Position numbers and translations under genes: made by a program
Notes under the pieces: model-generated
Seen by the model: the letters and a program-made list of their open reading frames with translations, nothing else
The model's database searches: none
Told to the model about the DNA's origin: nothing
Part shown: piece by piece, positions 16,712 through 25,776 of the stretch
Position numbering within the stretch: position 1 is the stretch's first letter
Layout of the letters: every line of letters starts with the position of its first letter
From: a virus
IMG/VR virus record: IMGVR_UViG_3300027733_000001
Length of the DNA stretch: 64,000 bases
Direction: 5' to 3' (one strand)

Positions 16712-17410
16712 ATGCCGAAGCCGAAGCCTCTGTTTTTAATATATGCAGAGCACCCGATGTGTAGCATAGACTGCGTGGACGGTGTTCGCGATGTGCTCGA
16801 AAGCTCGAGAGAATACTCTGCTTTGCTGGTAGGTCCTCATAGCTTCCCGTACATGGAACTTACGGAAGATATACTTGCTGAAACAGCGTGTTTGGTAATT
16901 CCAGGAGGACTAGGAGATTCAGACCAATACGACACTTCGGAATTGAGACCTCACGCAGCACTAATAAAAAGCTATGTAGCTTCAGGCGGCAGGTATCTGG
17001 GTATATGTATGGGAAGCTATCTAGCGGGATATCACTACCTGGATATTCTCAAGAAGAACACTAGAGCGGTGCAATACGTTCAACGTAAAGGTCGCACAAT
17101 AAACCACGAGAAACCTGATGTGGTTGAATTGATGTGGGGAGATAATATAGAACCGATGTATTTTTTTGATGGGGCTACCTTTGTACCCAGAAAAGGCTAC
17201 GCATCTATCTCTGGAGATATTGTTGCCCGCTATCTTAATGGAGATCCTGCAGCCGTAATTCAAGCCTACAAGAAAGGAAAGGTAGGTGTGATTGGGCCCC
17301 ACCCAGAAGCACACAAATGGTGGTTCTATATAGAGAAAAACATACGTGACAGATGGCAAGATTGCGTAAAACACCATCTTCTACTAGACTTCGTAGAAAA
17401 GCTGCTGTAG
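16712..17410 (+). CDS. class I glutamine amidotransferase-like (BPL_N-like) protein
   Basis: VIPGG, GGRYLGICMG nucleophile elbow and GPHPE give an intact Cys-His-Glu triad. The ATG at 16712 is preferred over 16679. Confidence 0.75.
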   Translation: MPKPKPLFLIYAEHPMCSIDCVDGVRDVLESSREYSALLVGPHSFPYMELTEDILAETACLVIPGGLGDSDQYDTSELRPHAALIKSYVASGGRYLGICMGSYLAGYHYLDILKKNTRAVQYVQRKGRTINHEKPDVVELMWGDNIEPMYFFDGATFVPRKGYASISGDIVARYLNGDPAAVIQAYKKGKVGVIGPHPEAHKWWFYIEKNIRDRWQDCVKHHLLLDFVEKLL

Positions 17411-17419
17411 TTTGTATGC

Positions 17420-17995
17420 ATGAGTATTGCAACAAAAACAGGAGACAAAGGAACAACTGGAATGTTGTTCGGCGCAAGAGTAAGTAAGTGCGATCAACGC
17501 ATTGCAGCTGTGGGAGATATCGATGAATTGAACGCGGCTATAGGTTTAGCTAAACGTCAATTATCTGGTAATGAAAACTATACCTGGACCTGGGCACTTG
17601 ACCGTCTCAATAAGATACAACGGCAACTGACCTGGCTTATGGGTGAAGTAGCTACTGAGCCGGATAAGCGTGCAGAGTATGTGAACAAATATCCTTATGT
17701 AAATCTAGCTCATCTAGAAGAAATGGAGGATGCTCTGCACAATTACGAAAATAGTACTAACACTAAACAGACAGACTGGGTTATGTATGGTAACAGCGAT
17801 ATTGGTGCCTCGCTCGACTACGCTTCTAAAGTTTGCAGAAGAGCCGAAAGAACTTTTCTTGCAGCCAAAGAAGCAGAACAGCTAGAGTCGGTCGATTGTC
17901 AGTATAGACCTTTGCTCACAATGTACTTGAACAGGTTGAGTGATTTGCTATATGTAATGGCTAGGTATTTTGATTTCGTTGTAACAACCAACTAG
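17420..17995 (+). CDS. pduO: PduO-type ATP:cob(I)alamin adenosyltransferase
   Basis: IATKTGDKGTT, GDIDELNAAIG, CRRAER and YLNRLSDLLYVMAR motifs. Confidence 0.92.
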   Translation: MSIATKTGDKGTTGMLFGARVSKCDQRIAAVGDIDELNAAIGLAKRQLSGNENYTWTWALDRLNKIQRQLTWLMGEVATEPDKRAEYVNKYPYVNLAHLEEMEDALHNYENSTNTKQTDWVMYGNSDIGASLDYASKVCRRAERTFLAAKEAEQLESVDCQYRPLLTMYLNRLSDLLYVMARYFDFVVTTN

Positions 17996-18001
17996 TAAAA
18001 T

Positions 18002-18373
18002 ATGCATTCAACAAACAACAAAAAACAAACAGTAGCCAGGCAGTTGCAGCACTTTAAAGAAAGTCTCAACACCATCAAAAAGTTCCTTCAGAAAAAAGAC
18101 GTACAGCAAGAAGGATGCTGCGAATGCGGCAGTCCTGCATGTATCTGGAGCAAATACGATCAGTATGTTAACGAAGATGTGCGATCTGAAAATAGCCCTA
18201 TTTCTGAAGTAAGCAACGTTATGTTTACAGCGGGAGCCACTGTCGAAGACGCGGAGGTTTTTGTCAATAACACTAAAATTACAGGAGTAACTAAAGCCGC
18301 CCTAGAGTACGATCCTGAATTTGGGCTTCCTGTGCTCAAACTCGAGATTGTGTCACCACAAGTTCGCCTCTAG
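18002..18373 (+). CDS. hypothetical protein
   Basis: 123 aa with a CCECGSPAC cluster. Confidence 0.55.
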   Translation: MHSTNNKKQTVARQLQHFKESLNTIKKFLQKKDVQQEGCCECGSPACIWSKYDQYVNEDVRSENSPISEVSNVMFTAGATVEDAEVFVNNTKITGVTKAALEYDPEFGLPVLKLEIVSPQVRL

Positions 18374-18394
18374 TTAAAGCATTCCTCCCAACCC

Positions 18395-18433
18395 AACCAG
18401 CCCATAGTCCTAGTGATTATGGGCTGGTTTTTT
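18395..18433 (+). terminator. intrinsic terminator
   Basis: AACCAGCCCATA-N11-TATGGGCTGGTT followed by a T run. Confidence 0.85.
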
Positions 18434-18459
18434 GTTGCCGTATATAGTATTATAGTTTA

Positions 18460-19641
18460 ATGATATTTACAATACTCGTAGCATTTTCAGCGTTATTTGT
18501 TGCAGGTTGCGCAGCTTTTTTCAGTATTAAGGGCCTAATCGTCCTTTTTTCGGGCAGTGCGCTAGCGATAGGTATAATGGCCAGCTCGCTTGAGATAGGG
18601 AAGCTTGTGGCTGCGTCCTTTCTACACACCCACTGGCACAGAATTAACTATCTGTTAAAAACATATCTGTGTGTGGCTGTATTTGTGTTGATGTGTATTA
18701 CCAGTCTAGGAATATTTGGGTTTTTGACCGGGGCCTACCAAGTACACTCAGCAAAAGTCGGAACTTTTGATACTCAGATCGCAGCTCTGGCTAGTGAAAA
18801 AGCTACCATAGAGGCTGAGATTCTCGAATACGCTAATCGTGTCAAAACACTGACAGATTTACGCACAACTCAAGAAGAACGACTGCAAGCTGCAGGTAAT
18901 CTCAAGGCTCCTAGAGAGCAGGCCTATAAAGCTATTGCTGAAGCCAACCAGGAAATTCAGAAAAAAGAAGCTGAGATGTCTCAAGGAAGACAGCGCAGCA
19001 TAGCTATTGAAAAAGAGCTCTCAACTCTCAAGATTTCATTAAACACTACAACAGATATAGGGTCGTTTAAGTTTATTGCTGATGCTTTACACACCTCAGT
19101 AGATACGGCAGTGCAATATTTCATATTCCTGCTTATATTTGTATTTGATCCATTGGCAGTTACACTCGTCCTTGCATGGAATAACCTAGTGGAATACAGA
19201 AAAGTACTAAAGAGACAGGAAGAAGAGGAATACCTGGCAAATCTACGGAATGTTTCGGTCAGTGCAGTGATAGACTCTGTTGCACCTGCTTCTGTGTCGG
19301 CCCCCATAGTTGTTGCCAGTTCAGCTCCTGTGTCTCCAGCAGTAGAATTGGCTGATATGGCTGTACAAAAAGACGTCCATGTACATGTATTGGCGCAAGA
19401 TGAAGTTGAGTCAGCTGCCGTAAAAATTGAAGAGGTTTTAACTTTACCTAGCATTGCACCAGCCTCTATCGAACCCGCAATAGAGGTTGCGCAACCTATA
19501 TCAGCTACAGCGCCTGTAGTATTTGCTACAGATTTTGAAAACGACCCGAATTTCTTAAAGCTCACTGAAGAGCAAAAGAATATTGAACGTGCCCGCAGAC
19601 GAGTCAAAACAGGCAACAACGACTCGGTAGTTACTGCTTAG
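18460..19641 (+). CDS. conserved phage membrane protein with long coiled coil
   Basis: N-terminal TM helices (LEIGKLVAA, LMCITSLGIFGFL), a coiled coil, a C-terminal TM (FVFDPLAVTL) and a low-complexity tail. Confidence 0.65.
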   Translation: MIFTILVAFSALFVAGCAAFFSIKGLIVLFSGSALAIGIMASSLEIGKLVAASFLHTHWHRINYLLKTYLCVAVFVLMCITSLGIFGFLTGAYQVHSAKVGTFDTQIAALASEKATIEAEILEYANRVKTLTDLRTTQEERLQAAGNLKAPREQAYKAIAEANQEIQKKEAEMSQGRQRSIAIEKELSTLKISLNTTTDIGSFKFIADALHTSVDTAVQYFIFLLIFVFDPLAVTLVLAWNNLVEYRKVLKRQEEEEYLANLRNVSVSAVIDSVAPASVSAPIVVASSAPVSPAVELADMAVQKDVHVHVLAQDEVESAAVKIEEVLTLPSIAPASIEPAIEVAQPISATAPVVFATDFENDPNFLKLTEEQKNIERARRRVKTGNNDSVVTA

Positions 19642-20386
19642 CTGCTGGATGCAACATATTAGCGTTGTCGTCGAACGTTTTGACAATGAACTTACATAGT
19701 TCAGACCTCATAATGTCGTCGTTATTGAACGCTAGGCTGTAGATACCAAATGCTGCTGCTGCGTCGGTATTAAACATGTGTGAGATCTTCTCAAACCCTC
19801 CCTGTTTGGCTTTAGGTAGATCAGACTGAGCATTATCTGCACACAAGATCATTTTAGTAAACTTCCCTATACGAGTAAGCAGCGTTTGAATTTCATTGAT
19901 TGTCAAATTCTGTGCTTCATCCACACAAATGAACCTAGCAGTCCAGCTCGCTCCTCGACAGAAATTGACAGGCTGGTACGTTACTCTATTTTCGCCCTTG
20001 AGTCGCTTTACTTCGCCTACAGGCAGCAGTTCTTCAAGCTTATCCTCAAACGGTCCCATATAGGGTTCGTACTTTCCCGCAATGTCGCCAGGCAAATAAC
20101 CGAGCTTAGAGTCCGCAGACTCTACAGCTGCTCTTACGAATACAAGATCGGAGACTTTCTTCTTATTTAGCAACTCTAGACCTATACGTACAGCTGTGAG
20201 TGTTTTACTACTCCCTGCAGGACCAGACAGAAAAATTATACGACTGTCTTTGTTTGCCCCCAGATCAATCAAGACCTGCTGCTTTTCGGTCCATGGCAGC
20301 TCTCGGATATGTAAATCAAAGTCTATTTTTTCCCTCTGATATACTTTAGGACTGTTATCTGGTTTTGGTGTTTTAGGTTTAGGCAT
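19631..20386 (-). CDS. phoH: PhoH-family ATPase
   Basis: GPAGSSKT Walker A, LGYLPG, RGASW, VDEAQN and LTRIG motifs. Confidence 0.92.
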   Translation of the reverse strand: MPKPKTPKPDNSPKVYQREKIDFDLHIRELPWTEKQQVLIDLGANKDSRIIFLSGPAGSSKTLTAVRIGLELLNKKKVSDLVFVRAAVESADSKLGYLPGDIAGKYEPYMGPFEDKLEELLPVGEVKRLKGENRVTYQPVNFCRGASWTARFICVDEAQNLTINEIQTLLTRIGKFTKMILCADNAQSDLPKAKQGGFEKISHMFNTDAAAAFGIYSLAFNNDDIMRSELCKFIVKTFDDNANMLHPAAKQ

Positions 20387-20392
20387 AAGTTG

Positions 20393-20424
20393 ATTATATG
20401 GTATCTTTGCTTTGTCTGATAGTT
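20393..20424 (-). promoter_or_regulatory. putative promoter AACTATCAG-N17-TATAAT upstream of phoH
   Basis: Perfect -10; the same upstream motif and spacing recur at 63267-63298. Confidence 0.5.
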
Positions 20425-20457
20425 AAAAAAAGGCCTGAGAACCGAAGTTCCCAGACC
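20425..20457 (-). terminator. intrinsic terminator with C(UUCG)G tetraloop
   Basis: Minus strand GGTCTGGGAAC-TTCG-GTTCTCAGGCC-T7. Confidence 0.9.
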
Positions 20458-20464
20458 CATATGA

Positions 20465-20713
20465 TTATTTTTTCTTGCTAGGGTGACCTGCTAGATGTTT
20501 ACCCAACTCTATTCGCAGATCCTCTAAATCGTCCTGAACATGCATCAGTTCTGTGCATGTATTTTCAAGTTGTGTTAGTCTTGTTTGTAGTTCTGTGAGG
20601 TCTTTTAATCTTACGTTTACTTGTACAGATTTGAAGGATCCTATTGCTCCTGCCGTCAAAACAATAATTAAAACAATATTATCAAGAATCTGTTGTTTGA
20701 CTTTTTGTAACAT
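20465..20713 (-). CDS. small membrane-anchored coiled-coil protein
   Basis: One hydrophobic helix followed by heptads. Confidence 0.55.
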   Translation of the reverse strand: MLQKVKQQILDNIVLIIVLTAGAIGSFKSVQVNVRLKDLTELQTRLTQLENTCTELMHVQDDLEDLRIELGKHLAGHPSKKK

Positions 20714-21143
20714 ATTTTGTGTATTTACGGCTTAGATTTTCAGCCAGTATAATGTTCACGTACATGCCTGCTTTTTGTAGAGCCTGTTTAATTTTGTATG
20801 GTCTCCGGAAATTACTTCCGTCGTCTAGATACTCACTTTTAAACTCTAGGTCATATAGAGCAAAAATCTCTAGCCATACTTTTCTACGGTTATAGAACTC
20901 TTGCACAGCCGCCATACACCCCCACAGATAGAAGTCTCTACCTGTGCTTTGATATATCCACATAGCTATCCCGAATATTACTTGCTGCAGCTCCAGATAT
21001 GCTTCAGCTAGTGCTAACCTACTCAAGGCTTCAAGCACCTCAAATATTTCTTTCACACAATGCTTTACGTAATAATCTGCAGTATGCTCTTTTCCGCCAA
21101 GAATATCCCTGTACACAGTGGAAGCTCTGCGAGAAGGAATCAT
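20682..21143 (-). CDS. hypothetical protein, weak MazG/all-alpha NTP-pyrophosphatase resemblance
   Basis: KEIFEVLEAL...YLELQQVIF resembles the MazG EE..E..EA...ELGD pattern; lies next to a Nudix gene. Confidence 0.4.
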   Translation of the reverse strand: MIPSRRASTVYRDILGGKEHTADYYVKHCVKEIFEVLEALSRLALAEAYLELQQVIFGIAMWIYQSTGRDFYLWGCMAAVQEFYNRRKVWLEIFALYDLEFKSEYLDDGSNFRRPYKIKQALQKAGMYVNIILAENLSRKYTKYVTKSQTTDS

Positions 21144-21787
21144 TTGATTAGTTTGTGTGCTGCAGGACCCATATAGTCTGGTCCATGCATCGACGTATGT
21201 TCTAGAGTTATCACTGGGTCAGATCCGAACGTAGATTTATAGCTACCTGGATGTATATCGTGATCAGTAAGCTCTAGATAATGCTGCCCGTCGTGTTTGC
21301 CTAGGTATCTAAAAGCACTGGGATTTACTTTGGCTCCAATCTCCTCATGCAGCTCTCTGGTAGCTGCCTCGATAGGTGTTTCGCCTTTTTCGATTCCTCC
21401 CCCGATATGTCTAACCTTACCAATATTAGTAGGCCATTGAGGATTGTTCAATCTTTCAAGAAGATATTGCCCTTTATAAGGCAATACAACTCTAACTCGT
21501 TCCTGAGCTGCTGTTTTACTACTCATACGTTTTTCAACATCGATAGGTATTAGCATCTTGGGGGCATGTATTTTAAACCCGCTAGGTTTGTGTGTAAGCC
21601 CTACATACTTACCATCAGCTGCAGTGCTGTCCACCTTGAACTGTTGCGGATATTTTTGCATGAGGCTAGCTAAAATCTCATGCTTACCTCCATAATCGTT
21701 TTTATCGGAAAGCTCCTTGGCCTCGATAAGCTTTTTTAATGCATATGACTTAGCCAGCTTTACTAGGTTTAGTGGGAACACTAGCAT
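21140..21787 (-). CDS. Nudix hydrolase with an N-terminal extension ending in KTA
   Basis: GGGIEKGETPIEAATRELHEEIG is a full Nudix box; the domain begins right after SSKTAA. Confidence 0.85.
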   Translation of the reverse strand: MLVFPLNLVKLAKSYALKKLIEAKELSDKNDYGGKHEILASLMQKYPQQFKVDSTAADGKYVGLTHKPSGFKIHAPKMLIPIDVEKRMSSKTAAQERVRVVLPYKGQYLLERLNNPQWPTNIGKVRHIGGGIEKGETPIEAATRELHEEIGAKVNPSAFRYLGKHDGQHYLELTDHDIHPGSYKSTFGSDPVITLEHTSMHGPDYMGPAAHKLIK

Positions 21788-21852
21788 AAGTATTTTACAT
21801 TACCGTAAGATTATACCAATTTATAGTTATAATGTTCTGGAGCGTATGGAGC

Positions 21853-24800
21853 CTATCCTCCACAAGCTGCAACAGCTTCTTCCTGGCTAGAATAAAATGT
21901 GCCGCCGCACGCCCACAGCGAACCATACGTTCCACCGGTCCAAGGATTCTGATTTACTCCGGAGTTATTATTTGCCCAAGTCGAAGATGCTGAATCATAT
22001 GCAAGTCCCTCTGAACCATACCAACCTGTATTACCTATAGCCCACTGTTCTGTATATGTCCCACCATAAGGATTTTTCTCAATTGTGTAGCCATTTTTAC
22101 CGGCTAACCAGTCACTTGCCGCGTTGTCCCTGGCCTCCAATTCAGAACCCATCCAGTTGTTGTTGTAAGCCCACTGACTAGCGTGAATGCCGTAGGACGA
22201 AGGAAACTGGCGTACTCCACCCATAGCATCATTTATCCAACTGTTTGCGTAAGCGTCAGCGGCATCGTTTGCTGTGTCGTACCAGCCATTATTGAACCAG
22301 ACCCATTTATTGTTGTAGCTTCCTCCACCTATCCATTGATTGATGCCTAGATTAGTATCTTTCCAAACGCTTGCCAAACCATCATCGCGATAGTTATTCG
22401 CATCAGTTTCATTCTCGAACCAGCCTTGATTAGAGTACGCCCACTTTCCGTTATGTGTACCTGCTCCAGAATATTGATGCACACCTGTATTTGCAGCTAG
22501 CCAGTAAGCTTCGTTTGCTTCTTCTTCGGTGCTATACCATCCATGATTGTTCCATGCCCACTGCGAACCGTATGTACCCCCGGTCCAAGGGTTCTGATGT
22601 ACTCCTGTATTACTGGTTAACCAGGCCGAAGATGCTGCATCATAAGCCAGTCCCTCGTAATAATACCATCCATGATTGTTCCATGCCCAACCATTCGCAC
22701 CTGCGTAAGCAACACTTCCTGCCCAAGGGGTTTGCGCTACACCTGAATTTGTAGTTAGCCACGCTGCAGATGCAGCATTTCTAGCAGCATCTTCAGAATC
22801 ATACCAGCCGTGAGTATCCCAAGCCCATTTATCTCCATATATTCCTCCTCCAGTAAATTGATGTATACCTGTATTAGCATCTAAAAAAGCCGTAGCTCCT
22901 GCGCTAGCTGCTTCTGTAGCTGCAGCTTGAGAAGCATACCAACCATTATCATTATAGGCCCACTTATTGTTGTTGGTTCCTCCTCCAGTAAATTGATTTA
23001 TCCCTGTGTTTGCTGCTAGCCAAGCCACAGAATACGCATCCTGTGCATCCGTTAAGCTATTATACCAATCGTGATTGTAAGCATACTGGTTGTTGTGAGT
23101 TCCTCCTCCAGTCCACTCATGCACACCTGTATTAGCGGCTAACCATGCCGCAGCATTGGCGTCGTTCCAAGAATTATACCAATCATGCATATATCCCCAT
23201 TTAGTATAATAGGTCCCATTGCCCAAAAATTGATTGACACCGTTATTGCTTCCTATCCAGGCGTCAGCATAAGCGTCTTGTGCCGCTCCTTGACTATCGT
23301 ACCAAGACTGATTAAAGGCCCATTGGTTTTGGTGCGTTCCACTTCCAGTAAATTTATTGACTCCTGTATTTGCCGCTAACCAAGAAGCTGCGGCAGCTTC
23401 TTGGTTAATGTCCCTGTCGTATACAGCATCCCACATATAGCCAAACCATCCATGATTATCCCAAGCCCATTTCTCGCTATTTGTTCCCCCACCATGCCAT
23501 TGGTTAACACCTACATTAGCAGCCAGCCACAACCCAGCGTGATAATCATTATAAGCCAATAATGTATCGGCTTGCTCTGCAAACCATCCATGATTATCCC
23601 ATGCCCATTTATTGTTATTGGTTCCGCCGTAAGGATTCTGATGTACTCCTGTATTAGTGGTTAGCCATGCCTCAGATGCGGCATCTCTAGCCTCTAACTC
23701 TGAGATATATGCTATACTGTTGTAGGCCCATGTAGCATTATAGCCCATATCATTATTCGGATCGTAAGGAAAATGGTTAAGTCCCACATTATACTGTGTC
23801 CAATTACTATAGGCATCGGCCACCGCCATGGCAGCAGCCTGAAACCAGCCGTGAGTGCCCCAGGCCCATTCTTGACTGTGACTTCCTCCTCCCGTCCATT
23901 GATTTACGCCCACATTTGCATTTAACCAGCTATCCTGGGCAAAATTATTTGCTTCTTCCGCACTATTATACCAACCATAATTATCGTATGCCCATTTATT
24001 GTTGTAGTCTCCTCCCCCAGTCCATTGGTTTGTGCCGGTATTAATTGCACGCCATGCCTCAGCTGCGGCGGTCCCTTGAGAGTTATACCACCCATGGGTA
24101 TCCCAAGCCCACAGACCAGCATATGATCCCCCTTGCCAAGGGTTCTGATTTACTCCACTGTTTTGAGATAACCATGAATTTGAATAATCTGAAGCTGAAT
24201 TATTGGCATTAGCTTCGCTATCATACCAACCTGTATTACCTATAGCCCACTGATTGTTGTAGTTTCCTCCACCTGTCCACTGATGTACTCCTGTATTTAC
24301 ATTATATAGCCAGTCGAGTGCAGCTGCATCCGCAGCGAAATTATACGAATTGTAGAAATTTGAATTAAACGCCCACTTATTATTGTCTGGACCTCCACCC
24401 GTCCATTGATTTAACCCTACATTCGACATAAGCCAAAGGGCAGGAACGCCATTATTTGGGTCGTTCTCAGGAGAATACCATTCATTGTTATACGCCCATC
24501 TATTAGCGTATATCCCTACAGAATAAATATTTTTGTGTACTCCTGTATTGCTGGCAAGCCAAGAGAGTGATGCGTAGTCATATGCATTTGACTCAGAAGC
24601 CGTCCACGTATTGTTGTAGGCCCACTGCCCGTTATGTGTACCTGCTCCAGAATATTGATGCACGCCTGTATTTGCAGCTAGCCATTCGGCAGCATTAGCT
24701 TCTGCATCAGAAGACATCCAGGCATTATTATAAGCATACTGGTTGTTGTGTGTTCCTCCTCCAGTCCATTGGTTTGTGCCGGTATTAGTCGCCAGCCAAG

Positions 24801-25716
24801 CTGCTGCAGCTGCATCTTGCGCAGCCGTCTGACTAGTGTACCAGCTTGTGCCGTAGGCCCACTTATTGTTGTTGGTTCCTCCTCCAGTAAATTGATTTAT
24901 CCCTGTGTTTGCTGCTAGCCAAGCCACAGAATACGCATCTAACGCCAGTGTTTCTGTCGCATACCAGACCTGATTATACGCCCACTGATTGTCGTGTGTT
25001 CCTCCTTCAGTAAATTGATGTATTCCTGTGTTTGATGCTAACCAAACAGCTGCATTAGCGTCGGCTTCTGAGTCATACCAAGTGGTACCATATGCCCATT
25101 GATTTGCATGAGTGCCACCATAGGGATTTTGATGCACATTTATGTTGGCCGCCAACCAAACAGCCGTAGCGGCGTCCCTGGCTGCGAGTTCTGATGAGTA
25201 CCACGTTGCGTTATACGCCCACTTATTGTTGTTGGGTCCGCCGCCTGTCCATTGATTTACACCCGTATTTGCTAATAGCCACCATTCTGTAATGGTTACT
25301 TCTCCGGCACTGTTAGTATCAATATCTCGCTCATACTCTCTGAATGACTTTGAAGCGGCTACTGTAGGACCAGAGGACGTAGTATATAGTATCGAATTAT
25401 TCACCAAAATTTCAACAGCCGCAAAATAGTTATTGTGTGGATATGGGTATGTCGAAACTGTGCCAGAAGTTCCAGAAACCGTAGCAGCTACCCAAGCAGT
25501 CCCGTTCCATTGAAGTAACTGTCCAGCTGTAGGTGTAATAGACGCGATTGGGTTGCCTCGTAGATAGTATGCATTCGCATTAGTGTTGGGATGCACGTGA
25601 TCTTCTCGTGCATACTTGACAGAGGTTCCTACTGCAGCTGTTCCTGCCTCTGAAGGCGTCGCAGTACCTGCAGCATCAAGCATATATCCTGTTGGTTTAT
25701 TTAGAGAGTTTGACAT
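21853..25716 (-). CDS. fibre-like protein with 27 Trp/Asn/Gly-rich repeats
   Basis: N-terminal GTAAVGTSVKYAREDHVHP tail-fibre motif, then 27 units of WLAANTGxNQxTGGGTxNNxWAYxxxWYxS..A. Confidence 0.75.
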   Translation of the reverse strand: MSNSLNKPTGYMLDAAGTATPSEAGTAAVGTSVKYAREDHVHPNTNANAYYLRGNPIASITPTAGQLLQWNGTAWVAATVSGTSGTVSTYPYPHNNYFAAVEILVNNSILYTTSSGPTVAASKSFREYERDIDTNSAGEVTITEWWLLANTGVNQWTGGGPNNNKWAYNATWYSSELAARDAATAVWLAANINVHQNPYGGTHANQWAYGTTWYDSEADANAAVWLASNTGIHQFTEGGTHDNQWAYNQVWYATETLALDAYSVAWLAANTGINQFTGGGTNNNKWAYGTSWYTSQTAAQDAAAAAWLATNTGTNQWTGGGTHNNQYAYNNAWMSSDAEANAAEWLAANTGVHQYSGAGTHNGQWAYNNTWTASESNAYDYASLSWLASNTGVHKNIYSVGIYANRWAYNNEWYSPENDPNNGVPALWLMSNVGLNQWTGGGPDNNKWAFNSNFYNSYNFAADAAALDWLYNVNTGVHQWTGGGNYNNQWAIGNTGWYDSEANANNSASDYSNSWLSQNSGVNQNPWQGGSYAGLWAWDTHGWYNSQGTAAAEAWRAINTGTNQWTGGGDYNNKWAYDNYGWYNSAEEANNFAQDSWLNANVGVNQWTGGGSHSQEWAWGTHGWFQAAAMAVADAYSNWTQYNVGLNHFPYDPNNDMGYNATWAYNSIAYISELEARDAASEAWLTTNTGVHQNPYGGTNNNKWAWDNHGWFAEQADTLLAYNDYHAGLWLAANVGVNQWHGGGTNSEKWAWDNHGWFGYMWDAVYDRDINQEAAAASWLAANTGVNKFTGSGTHQNQWAFNQSWYDSQGAAQDAYADAWIGSNNGVNQFLGNGTYYTKWGYMHDWYNSWNDANAAAWLAANTGVHEWTGGGTHNNQYAYNHDWYNSLTDAQDAYSVAWLAANTGINQFTGGGTNNNKWAYNDNGWYASQAAATEAASAGATAFLDANTGIHQFTGGGIYGDKWAWDTHGWYDSEDAARNAASAAWLTTNSGVAQTPWAGSVAYAGANGWAWNNHGWYYYEGLAYDAASSAWLTSNTGVHQNPWTGGTYGSQWAWNNHGWYSTEEEANEAYWLAANTGVHQYSGAGTHNGKWAYSNQGWFENETDANNYRDDGLASVWKDTNLGINQWIGGGSYNNKWVWFNNGWYDTANDAADAYANSWINDAMGGVRQFPSSYGIHASQWAYNNNWMGSELEARDNAASDWLAGKNGYTIEKNPYGGTYTEQWAIGNTGWYGSEGLAYDSASSTWANNNSGVNQNPWTGGTYGSLWACGGTFYSSQEEAVAACGG
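21856..25285 (-). repeat. 27 degenerate coding repeats of 38-49 aa
   Basis: Counted from the translation. Some non-adjacent units are identical at DNA level (22955-23040 = 24854-24939). Confidence 0.9.
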
Positions 25717-25776
25717 AACTATTTAATATATTCTAGCACACACCTATCTGGATGGAAATGGAAAACTAGCCAGTCT

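Noticed and set aside
20205-20235. PhoH Walker A GPAGSSKT as a sign of inactivation
   Set aside because: The Lys-Thr core and Walker B are intact; the variation is within the normal range.
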